Shown piece after piece: positions 54,346 through 64,000 of a stretch of DNA of 64,000 bases. Made by a program: the position numbers and the translations under genes. The stretch covers positions 13,225 through 77,224 of the forward strand of contig CALGVD010000092.1 of NCBI GenBank assembly GCA_937920275.1, given 5' to 3'. The stretch's first letter is position 1. Each line of letters starts with the position of its first letter. Under the pieces are notes generated by a model, which saw nothing but the letters and a program-made list of their open reading frames with translations, did not search any database and was not told where the DNA came from. The DNA comes from an uncultured Pseudomonadota bacterium. GTDB taxonomy: Bacteria; Pseudomonadota; Gammaproteobacteria; Steroidobacterales; Steroidobacteraceae.

Positions 54346-55373
54346 ACGACGCAGCAGAGGGCGCGCCGGGAGCGCCCGCTGAGACGGACCGCGCCGAGGG
54401 CGGCTCCGAGGCAGCCCTCGATGTCGCCTTGCGCTTCACCGTCGAACATCAGTCCGTCCGCGGGCAGTTCGTGCGGCTCGGGCCAGCGTGGCTCGAACTG
54501 CGCGAGCACGCCGATCACCCGGCGTCCGTGCGCCGACTGCTCGGCGAAGCCTCAGCAGCGGCGGTGCTCCTCGCCTCGACCCTGAAGTTCGAGGGCGAAC
54601 TCACCTTGCAGTTGCAGGGGGACGGTGCAGTGCGTCTGTTGGTCGCGCAATGCACCCACGACCTGCGCGTGCGGGCGGTGGTGCGGTTCGACGCAGCGTC
54701 CTTCGGTGGTGAGCGCGCCGGCACAGGCGCGGAGCTGGATTTCCCGTCTTTGGTGGGCCAGGGGCAGCTCGCCGTGACCGTCGAATCGACGCAAGGTGGT
54801 GCGCGTTACCAAGGCATCGTGCCGCTCGGCGGCGACTCCTTGGCCGCCGCGCTCGAGCAGTACTTCGATCGATCAGAGCAGCTCCCGACCACGGTGCGGC
54901 TCGGTGCCGATGATGCCCGCGCGGCGGGATTGCTGGTGCAGCGGTTGCCGCAGTCCGGTGGGATATCCGTCGCCGGTGACGACACCGCTGACACCGGCTC
55001 GGCGCGCAGCGCGCGCGAAGCCGAAGCGACGCGCACGCTCGACGCCGCCCGCACGGCGCTCGCAGGACTTGCGACCGACGAACTGCTCGCCCGTCCGATC
55101 GAGGATCTGCTGCGCCGCGCCTGTGCCGGTGAGGACCTGAGGCTGCATCCCGCCCGTGCCGTGGGTTTCCGCTGCCGCTGCAGTCGCGAGCGGGTGGCCG
55201 GGATGTTGCGCGCACTCGGCGCCGACGAACTCGATTCGATCCTCGCCGAGCAAGGTGCTGTGACGGTCACCTGCGAGTTCTGCCAGCGTCCGTGGCGCTT
55301 CGACGCCGTGGATGTCTCGGCGCTGACGGGGGAGGCCGACCGCCGGCCGCCCGGGTCGCCCATCGTCCACTGA
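54342..55373 (+). CDS. hslO: Redox-regulated chaperone Hsp33
   Basis: 343 aa. The start overlaps the gatB stop (ATGA). C-terminal zinc centre CRCS...CEFC. It has an acidic N-terminal extension of about 30 residues. Confidence 0.9.
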   Translation: MNDAAEGAPGAPAETDRAEGGSEAALDVALRFTVEHQSVRGQFVRLGPAWLELREHADHPASVRRLLGEASAAAVLLASTLKFEGELTLQLQGDGAVRLLVAQCTHDLRVRAVVRFDAASFGGERAGTGAELDFPSLVGQGQLAVTVESTQGGARYQGIVPLGGDSLAAALEQYFDRSEQLPTTVRLGADDARAAGLLVQRLPQSGGISVAGDDTADTGSARSAREAEATRTLDAARTALAGLATDELLARPIEDLLRRACAGEDLRLHPARAVGFRCRCSRERVAGMLRALGADELDSILAEQGAVTVTCEFCQRPWRFDAVDVSALTGEADRRPPGSPIVH

Positions 55374-55390
55374 TCGCCGTCCGCCCGGCG

Positions 55391-56511
55391 TCAGCCGCGG
55401 TGGCCGCTCGCCAGGTACTCCTCGCTCTGCATCTCCACCAGCCGGCTCGCGGTGCGCTCGAACTCGAAGGCCAGCTTGCTGCCGCGGTAGAGCTGTGACG
55501 GCGCGACCGCCGCCGACACCACGAGGTTCACACGCCGGTCATAGAACTCATCGACCAGCGCGATGAAGCGGCGCGCGGCGTTGTCACTGTTGCCGCGGCC
55601 GTCGAACACCGGCACGCCGGACAACAGCACCGATTGGAACTCGCGGGCCAGGCTCACATAGTCGTTCTGGCTGCGCGGGCCCTCGCAAAGCGCCGCGAAG
55701 TCGAACCACACGACATTGTCACAGCTGCGTAGCACCGGGATCTCGCGGCCCTCCACCGAGAGCGTGCCACCGATCGTCCCCGCTCCATCGGCGAGGTCCT
55801 CGAAGATATCGATCATCTGCGTATCCGCCATGGTCGAGCCGCCCTGCAGCCAGATCGGCGCCCGGGTGAGCTGTCTCAGCCGGTAGTCGCTGCCGCCATC
55901 GACGCAGACGATCTCGCAGTGCCGCTCCAGCAGATCGATCGCGGGCAGGAACCGTTGGCGTTGCAGGCCGTCGCGATAGAGGCCGGCGGGTGGCACGTTC
56001 GAGGTGAACACGAGCGTCACCCCGCGGTCCACGAGCTCCGTGAACAGACCGCCGAGCAGCATCGCATCGGCGATGTCCGAGACGAAGAGTTCGTCGAGGC
56101 ACAAGAGCCGCGCCTCGGCCGCGAGATCCGCTGCGACGGCGCTGAGCGGTGCCGATCGGTCGTGATGGCGGCGTAGCCCCGCGTGCACACCTTGCATGAA
56201 ACGATGGAAGTGGACGCGCTGCCGAGGGACGCTCGGCATGCTCTCGACCAGCAGATCCATCAGCCAGGTCTTACCCCGTCCCACACCACCCCAAAGATAG
56301 ACGCCGCGTGGTGCAGCGCCATGGTTCGACGGTCCAGAGAACCGGCGCAGCAGCCGTGCGGTGAATGAGACGCGCTCGGCGCGCAGCAGTTCACCCCGCA
56401 GCCGCTCGAGCGGCGCGAGGGCGGCGCGTTGCACGGGATCGTCGCTGAAACCGCCTGCTGCCGCGGCCTCTGCGTAACGCTGTTCGAGACCGCGCGCCGC
56501 GGCGCCGGCGT

Positions 56512-56515
<4 letters not shown>
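55391..56515 (-). CDS. zapE: AFG1-like ATPase / cell division factor ZapE
   Basis: 374 aa. Walker A GGVGRGKT, Walker B LLCLDELFV, and the conserved HFHRFM block. The start overlaps the upstream gene's stop (ATGA). Confidence 0.88.
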
Positions 56516-58506
<1,991 letters not shown>

Positions 58507-58543
58507 GATCCTCGCGCCGAAGACCGGTTACCGAGCGACCGGA

Positions 58544-60148
58544 TCAGAGCGACTGGTAGATCGGTCCTGAACCGCCCTCGGGCGTCGTCCAGTCGATGAT
58601 CTGGTAGGGGTCCTTGATGTCGCAGGCCTTGCAGTGCACGCAGTTCGAGGCATTGATCTGCAGACGCTTGCCGCCGGCACCGTCGTCCACCATCTCGTAG
58701 ACATTGGCCGGGCAGAAGTTCTGGCAGGGGTTGCCGTACTCGGTGGCGCACTTCGTCGCGCAGATCGAGGTGTCGCGCACCTTCAGGTGCACCGGCTGGT
58801 TCTCGTCGTGCGAGTTGTTGGCGAAGAACACGGCGGCGACGCGGTCACGCGGCGGCAGGCTCCGATCGCTCCAGCCGCGGTCAGGCGAATCGAAGGAGTC
58901 GAGGCGTTGCGTCTCGGCATAGGCCGCCTTGTTGCGCAGCGTCCAGGGCGTGCGACCGCCGAGCAGCGTCTCGAGACCGGCGTTGGCGAGCGCGAACCAG
59001 AGACCGCGCTTGAAGCCCGGCTTGATGTTGCGCACCTTGCGCAGTTCCTGCCCGCCTTCGGAGGCGCGCCAACGGGCATCGAAGCCCGCGGGCGAATCGT
59101 GTTCAGCGAGGTGCTCCGCAGCGAGCATGCCGCAACGGATGGCTTGGTGGATGCCCTTGATCTTGGCCACATTGAGCGTACCGGCCGCATCACCCACCAG
59201 CATCGCGCCCGGCATCTCCATCTTGGGGAGCGACTGCCAACCGCCCGCAGCGATGGTGCGGGCACCCGAGGCGAGGATCTCGCCGCCCTCGAACAACGGC
59301 TTGATGCTCGGATGGTGCTTGAACTGCTGGAAAGCCTCGAAGGGCTTCAGGCGCGGATCGCGGTAGTCGAGTCCGACCACATAGCCGACATACACGCGGT
59401 CGTTGTCGAGGTGGTAGAGGAAGCTGCCACCGTAGGTGCCGGAGTCGAGCGGCCAGCCGATGCTGTGCTGGATGAGACCCGGTTCGACCCGGCCGGGCGG
59501 CAGCTGCCACAATTCTTTGAACCCGAGGCCGTAGGTCTGCGGGTCGCAGTCGGCGTCGAGCGCGTATCGCTTGATGAGCTGCTTGCTGATGCTGCCGCGA
59601 CAGCCCTCGGCCAGCACCGTGATGCGGGCGCGTATCTCGGGGCCCGGTGCGAAGTTGGGACCGGGTTCGCCCGATCGCTCGATGCCCACATCGCCGATCT
59701 GTACGCCGGCGACCGAGCCGTCGTCGTTGAAGAGCGGCTGCGCGGCCGCGAAACCCGGGAAGACATCCACGCCGAGCGCCTCGGCGCGTGCTGCGAGCAG
59801 CGGCGTCAGGAGCCCCAGCGAGACGATGAAGTTGCCGTCGTTGTGCTGCTGCGGCGGCACCGGCATGCGGATACGACGGGCCCGCGTGAGCAGGGAGAAC
59901 TCGTCGCGCTTGGCAGGGATGCAGATGCCGGGCGGCGCGTCGCGCCAACCGGGCAGCAGGGCGTCGAGCGGAGCCGGTTCCAGCACCGCCCCCGACAGCG
60001 CCTGCGCACCGATGGCCGACGCTTTCTCGAGCACGCAGATGTTGAGCTCGGGTCTCTTTTCTTTGAGCTTGATGGCGCAGGCGAGGCCGCCGGGGCCGCC
60101 CCCGACCACCAAGACGTCGTACTCCATCGTGTCGCGTTCGATGTCCAT
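58544..60148 (-). CDS. Electron-transfer flavoprotein:ubiquinone oxidoreductase
   Basis: 534 aa. FAD fold YDVLVVGGGPGGL and the C-terminal 4Fe-4S ferredoxin-like CVHCKACDIKDP. Confidence 0.93.
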   Translation of the reverse strand: MDIERDTMEYDVLVVGGGPGGLACAIKLKEKRPELNICVLEKASAIGAQALSGAVLEPAPLDALLPGWRDAPPGICIPAKRDEFSLLTRARRIRMPVPPQQHNDGNFIVSLGLLTPLLAARAEALGVDVFPGFAAAQPLFNDDGSVAGVQIGDVGIERSGEPGPNFAPGPEIRARITVLAEGCRGSISKQLIKRYALDADCDPQTYGLGFKELWQLPPGRVEPGLIQHSIGWPLDSGTYGGSFLYHLDNDRVYVGYVVGLDYRDPRLKPFEAFQQFKHHPSIKPLFEGGEILASGARTIAAGGWQSLPKMEMPGAMLVGDAAGTLNVAKIKGIHQAIRCGMLAAEHLAEHDSPAGFDARWRASEGGQELRKVRNIKPGFKRGLWFALANAGLETLLGGRTPWTLRNKAAYAETQRLDSFDSPDRGWSDRSLPPRDRVAAVFFANNSHDENQPVHLKVRDTSICATKCATEYGNPCQNFCPANVYEMVDDGAGGKRLQINASNCVHCKACDIKDPYQIIDWTTPEGGSGPIYQSL

Positions 60149-60164
60149 CAGTCGGCTCCGTCGT

Positions 60165-60932
60165 TCACTTCGGCTGCATGCGGATGCCGCCGTCCAAGCG
60201 GATGGTCTCGCCGTTCAGCATGGCGATCGAGTAGATGGACTCGACCATCTGCGCATATTCATCGGGGCGTCCGAGGCGCGAGGGGAAGGGGACCTGCGCG
60301 CCGAGCGAGGCCTGGATCTCCGGCGGCAGGCCACCGACCATCGGCGTGTGGAAGATGCCCGGTGCGATCGACATCACACGCACGCCGAACGAGGCGAACT
60401 CCCGGGCGAGCGGCAGCGTCATGCCGGCGAGACCTGCCTTGGTGGCCGAGTAGGCGGCTTGGCCGATCTGACCTTCGAAGGCGGCGACCGAGGAGGTGTG
60501 GATGATGACGCCACGCTCACCGTCGGCATTGGGTGTGTTGCGCTGCATGATCGCAGCGGCGGCCTTGTCGCAGAGGAAAGTGCCGACGAGGTTGATCTGC
60601 ACCACGCGAGCGAAGAACTCGCCGGCCATGGGCCCGTTGCGGCCGAGCACGCGGGCCGCACCGATGACGCCCGCGCAGTTCACGAGCAGGTCGATGCCGC
60701 CCATCGCCGCAGCCGCCGCATCCATCGCCGCGTTGACGTCGGCCTCGGAGCTGACATCACAGCGCAGGAAACGCGCCTTCGCGCCGATCTCCGCCGCTGC
60801 GGCTTGGCCCGGGCCTTCCTGGATGTCGAGCAGCGCGACCTGACCGCCGCGGGCGGCGATGTGCTTGGCCACTGCGTTGCCGAGACCGGATGCGCCACCG
60901 GTGATGACGGCGCGGGCTTGGGTGATATCCAT
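60165..60932 (-). CDS. Short-chain dehydrogenase, HSD10-like 3-hydroxyacyl-CoA (3-hydroxy-2-methylbutyryl-CoA) dehydrogenase
   Basis: 255 aa. TGGASGLG cofactor motif and the YSATK catalytic dyad. Overall it resembles type-2 3-hydroxyacyl-CoA dehydrogenases. Substrate is inferred from context. Confidence 0.8.
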   Translation of the reverse strand: MDITQARAVITGGASGLGNAVAKHIAARGGQVALLDIQEGPGQAAAAEIGAKARFLRCDVSSEADVNAAMDAAAAAMGGIDLLVNCAGVIGAARVLGRNGPMAGEFFARVVQINLVGTFLCDKAAAAIMQRNTPNADGERGVIIHTSSVAAFEGQIGQAAYSATKAGLAGMTLPLAREFASFGVRVMSIAPGIFHTPMVGGLPPEIQASLGAQVPFPSRLGRPDEYAQMVESIYSIAMLNGETIRLDGGIRMQPK

Positions 60933-60992
60933 GTTCAGGGGTTCTCCGGAAGTCTTGAGGGTTCGTTTCTGGGGGTGGTCGGACGCGCTGGC

Positions 60993-62171
60993 TCAAACCC
61001 GCTCGATGGCGATCGCGGTGGCCTCGCCGCCGCCGATGCAGAGCGCAGCGACGCCGCGGCGCAGCCCATGCCGCAGGAGCGAGTGGGCGAGCGTCGCGAC
61101 GATGCGGGCGCCGGTCGCGCCGACCGGGTGGCCGAGGGCGCAGGCACCGCCGTTGATGTTGAGCTTGTCGGCGGGGATCCCGATGTCGTGCGCCGCGGCC
61201 ATCGCGACCGCCGCGAAGGCCTCGTTGACCTCGAAGAGATCGACGCCGTCCGCGGTCCAACCCGCGCGCGCGAGGGTGCTGCGGATCGCGGCCACCGGCG
61301 CTGTGGTGAACCACTCCGGTTCGTGCGCATGGCTGGTGTAGGCGACGATGCGGGCGAGCGGCGTGAGGCCGCGGGCGGTCGCGGCGGCTTCGCTCATCAG
61401 GACCAGCGCTGCAGCGCCGTCGGAGATGGACGAGGAGCTCGCGGCGGTGACGGTGCCGTCTTTGCGGAACGCCGGCTTCAGTTGCGGGATCTTTGCGAGA
61501 TCGCAGGTGAAGGGTGTCTCGTCGCGCTCGATGCGCGTCTCACCTTTGCGTCCCTTGACCGTCACCGGCGTGATCTCCGCGGCGAACGCGCCGTTCTCGA
61601 CCGCGGCCAACGCGCGGCGGACGGACTCGGCAGCGAACGCGTCTTGGGCCTCGCGTGTGAACGCATAGCGGTCGGCGGTGTTCTCGGCGAAACAGCCCAT
61701 CAGTTGGCCGTCCCACGGGCTCTGCAGTCCGTCGTAGAACATGTGATCGAGGATCTCGCCATGTCCCATCCGATAGCCGCCGCGCGCCTTGAGCAGGAGG
61801 TAGGGCGCATTGGTCATGGACTCGAGACCGCCCGCCACCACGATCCCGGCATCACCGGTGCGGATCTGATCGGCTGCCATCATGATGGCCTTCAGTCCGG
61901 AGCCGCACATCTTGTTGACGGTGGTGGCGGGTGTGCCGACCGGGATGCCCGCCCCGATCGCAGCCTGCCGAGCCGGCGCTTGCCCGACCCCTGCCGGCAA
62001 CACGCAGCCCATGATCACTTCCTCGACCTCAGCCGGCGCAAGTCCGGCGGCTTCCAGCGCGCCGCGGATGGCCGCTGCGCCGAGTTGCGGCGCGGTCGCG
62101 CCGGAGAGCACGCCTTGGAAAGCACCGATGGGAGTGCGGCGCGCAGCCACGATCACGACGGAAATCGACAT
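60993..62171 (-). CDS. Acetyl-CoA C-acetyltransferase (thiolase II)
   Basis: 392 aa. Nucleophile in NKMCGSGLKA, His in GHPVGATG, and the C-terminal CIGGGEA. Confidence 0.93.
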   Translation of the reverse strand: MSISVVIVAARRTPIGAFQGVLSGATAPQLGAAAIRGALEAAGLAPAEVEEVIMGCVLPAGVGQAPARQAAIGAGIPVGTPATTVNKMCGSGLKAIMMAADQIRTGDAGIVVAGGLESMTNAPYLLLKARGGYRMGHGEILDHMFYDGLQSPWDGQLMGCFAENTADRYAFTREAQDAFAAESVRRALAAVENGAFAAEITPVTVKGRKGETRIERDETPFTCDLAKIPQLKPAFRKDGTVTAASSSSISDGAAALVLMSEAAATARGLTPLARIVAYTSHAHEPEWFTTAPVAAIRSTLARAGWTADGVDLFEVNEAFAAVAMAAAHDIGIPADKLNINGGACALGHPVGATGARIVATLAHSLLRHGLRRGVAALCIGGGEATAIAIERV

Positions 62172-62279
62172 CCGCTATACCTCGCCGGGGAAAGAAGGGC
62201 CGGGGGAGAAGGAGGAAGTGTAGCCAACGAGTCGCCGAGGCGCACCTGTCGCGACGCGCTGCGGCAGGACGGCCGCCCG

Positions 62280-63086
62280 TCAGTTCGATGCGTGGGGGCC
62301 GCTGCGGGCGAGCGCGTCAGGTTCGTCGAGCTTGGCGAGGATCGCGGCGCGGGCCGCATCGCGCAGCGCAGCCGCGGCCCGTTCGGGTGGCAGGTCCAGG
62401 TCGATCAGCATCGGCGCCAGGATCTCGAACTCGACCCGACCGGGGCGCGGAAAGAATCGCGGACTCGGCAGGATGTGCCGGGTTCCGCGGATCACACAGG
62501 GCACCACCGGACAGCCTGCGGCGACCGCGCTCGAGAACGCGCCGAGGTGGAACTTCAAGAGCCCGGGCTCGCTCACGAAGGTGCCTTCGGGGAAAAAAAG
62601 CAGCGGCTGCCCGTTGGAGGCGCTGCGCAGCACGCGGCGCGCATCGAGTCCGCCCTTGTGCCGGTTGAAACGCTCCACGAACTGCGTGCCGATCCGCTCG
62701 AGCAACAGGCCGGCGAGCGGTACATCCGCCATCTCGCGCTTGACCACGTACGCGAAACGCTCCGGCAGCACCGCTTTCACCACGATCGCATCGATGTAGC
62801 TGGCGTGGTTGGCGACCACCATGCACTGGCCGGCGGGCAAGCGGTCGGCGCCCGTGATGGTGAGCGGGATGCCGCTGAGCCGCATGATGAGCCGAGCGGC
62901 GACGCCGGTGACATGACGCCGCCGATCGACCCCCGGCAGGATGAGGAGCAGCAACAAGGTGCTGATCGCAACCACGAGGAACACCGACCAGACCACCGAC
63001 CCGTAGAGCACGCGCAACACCCTTGCGGGGAAGGATTCGGCGGCGTCCGGGACGACCGTCTTGGGATCGACAGAGGGATCCTCCAT
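62280..63086 (-). CDS. Lysophospholipid (1-acyl-sn-glycerol-3-phosphate) acyltransferase family protein
   Basis: 268 aa with an N-terminal TM segment, the HX4D motif NHASYID, and FPEGT. Confidence 0.85.
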   Translation of the reverse strand: MEDPSVDPKTVVPDAAESFPARVLRVLYGSVVWSVFLVVAISTLLLLLILPGVDRRRHVTGVAARLIMRLSGIPLTITGADRLPAGQCMVVANHASYIDAIVVKAVLPERFAYVVKREMADVPLAGLLLERIGTQFVERFNRHKGGLDARRVLRSASNGQPLLFFPEGTFVSEPGLLKFHLGAFSSAVAAGCPVVPCVIRGTRHILPSPRFFPRPGRVEFEILAPMLIDLDLPPERAAAALRDAARAAILAKLDEPDALARSGPHASN

Positions 63087-63230
63087 CTCGGCTTTCGGCT
63101 CCTGCGCACGGACGATGATGATGACGGCGCGTTATGCTTGGTGGACGCGACCGGAAAGTCAACGAGCGCCTGCGATTGTGAGCGCCATCACGGCTTGGCT
63201 TCGCCGCGGTGGGCATACTGTCCCCATTCT

Positions 63231-64000
63231 ATGAACGAATCCGTAACAGCGAACCCGGTGGTACAGCGCTTCCTCGATGTGGTGTGGATGGAGCGCGGAT
63301 TGTCGGCCAACACCTTAGCAGCCTATCGCGCCGACCTGCTGGCGCTCGGCCGCTGGTTGGAGATGCGCGGCACCGCCTTGCCGGAGGCGACCCGCGTCGA
63401 TCTGCTGGATTTCGTGGCAGCGCGCGCCGAGCACGGCGCCCGTCCGCGCTCGACGGCACGCCAACTGTCTTCTTTCCGTTGTTTTTTCCGACAGCAGCTC
63501 CGCGATGGTGCGATCGCGCTGGATCCGACCCTCGACATCTCGATGCCGCGATCCGGGCGGTCCTTACCGAAATCTTTGACCGAATCCGAGGTCGAGCGCT
63601 TGATCGGCGCTCCGCGTGCCGACGACCCGCTCGGGATCCGCGATCGGACGATGCTGGAAGTGCTGTACGCGACCGGCCTGCGGGTCTCCGAGCTCGTCAG
63701 CCTCAAGCACCAGCAGGTGAACCTCAACCAGGGGGTGGTACGCATCTCCGGCAAGGGCAACCGCGAGCGTCTCGTGCCGCTCGGCGGCGAAGCGATCGAG
63801 CGTATCAAAGAATTCATGGCCGGACCACGCGACGCGATCCTCGGTCGACAGACGACCGATTACCTGTTTCCGACGCGCCGGGGCGATCGCATGACGCGGC
63901 AGTCGTTCTGGCACATCATCAAGCGCTACGCGCGGCTCGCCAAGATCGACAAGCCGCTCTCGCCGCACACCCTGCGGCATGCCTTCGCGACCCACTTGCT
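63231..64000 (+). CDS. xerD: Tyrosine recombinase XerD, N-terminal ~256 codons (continues past the right edge)
   Basis: Not in the ORF track because no stop lies in the window. Manual translation from the ATG at 63231 gives MNESVTANPVVQRFLDVVWMERGLSANTLAAYRADL...MLEVLYATGLRVSELV...LSPHTLRHAFATHL, the typical XerD core with catalytic Arg and His-x-x-Arg. Confidence 0.9.
   Translation, partial: MNESVTANPVVQRFLDVVWMERGLSANTLAAYRADLLALGRWLEMRGTALPEATRVDLLDFVAARAEHGARPRSTARQLSSFRCFFRQQLRDGAIALDPTLDISMPRSGRSLPKSLTESEVERLIGAPRADDPLGIRDRTMLEVLYATGLRVSELVSLKHQQVNLNQGVVRISGKGNRERLVPLGGEAIERIKEFMAGPRDAILGRQTTDYLFPTRRGDRMTRQSFWHIIKRYARLAKIDKPLSPHTLRHAFATHL

Noticed and set aside
58634-60505. 623-aa + strand ORF
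   Set aside because: It is antisense to the ETF-QO and SDR genes, Arg/Ala/Gly-rich and motif-free. The minus-strand frames give clear ETF-QO and SDR proteins.
63231-64000. Tyrosine recombinase as a sign of an integrated mobile element
   Set aside because: The sequence is the housekeeping XerD type (N-terminal FLDVVWMERGLSANTL and a conserved catalytic core). No adjacent tRNA, direct repeats or cargo genes are visible, though the right flank lies outside the window.

Overview
This is a very GC-rich chromosomal window (third codon positions are overwhelmingly G/C; composition was not computed). It is densely packed with about 57 housekeeping genes, and the gene order looks gammaproteobacterial. 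The high GC content creates many long antisense shadow ORFs in the six-frame track, which I discarded.

Gene content from left to right:
- A partial M16 zinc protease.
- A PPi-economy pair (H+-pyrophosphatase and PPi-dependent phosphofructokinase), divergent from adk.
- rnd, mpl, ubiX and a LON-domain gene.
- A CPBP protease and cpdA.
- A methyl-cycle pair, metK and ahcY, with an SAH riboswitch in front of ahcY.
- A tkt-gap-pgk-pyk operon. Its 3' end is fused by overlapping stop/start codons to a penicillin-acylase-family Ntn hydrolase, a CoxD-like MoxR AAA+ ATPase and a CoxE-like VWA protein.
- A patatin-like lipase.
- A signal-peptide Bcp peroxiredoxin followed by a Tat-signal DUF1838-like protein.
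- Class I fumarase.
- lptD-surA-pdxA-rsmA-apaH, divergent from amgK-murU.
- lipA-lipB-folE, convergent with ybeD-dat-dacC-rlpA-mltB-rodA-mrdA-mreDCB.
- gatCAB-hslO.
- zapE coupled to an acetoacetyl-CoA synthetase / ETF-QO / SDR / thiolase cluster.
- A PlsC-family acyltransferase and a partial xerD.

I saw no rRNA, tRNA, CRISPR array, IS element, prophage or compositional island. I do not see a convincing novel system. The best candidate for unexplored biology is the acylase-MoxR-VWA trio attached to the glycolytic operon. The periplasmic Bcp/DUF1838 pair comes second. Other findings are small-scale: an SAH riboswitch with a compensatory pseudoknot change, a 3 x 13 bp repeat that places TGA in all three frames, and a Cys4-type adenylate kinase lid. 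All functional calls come from motif recognition by eye, since no database search was possible.
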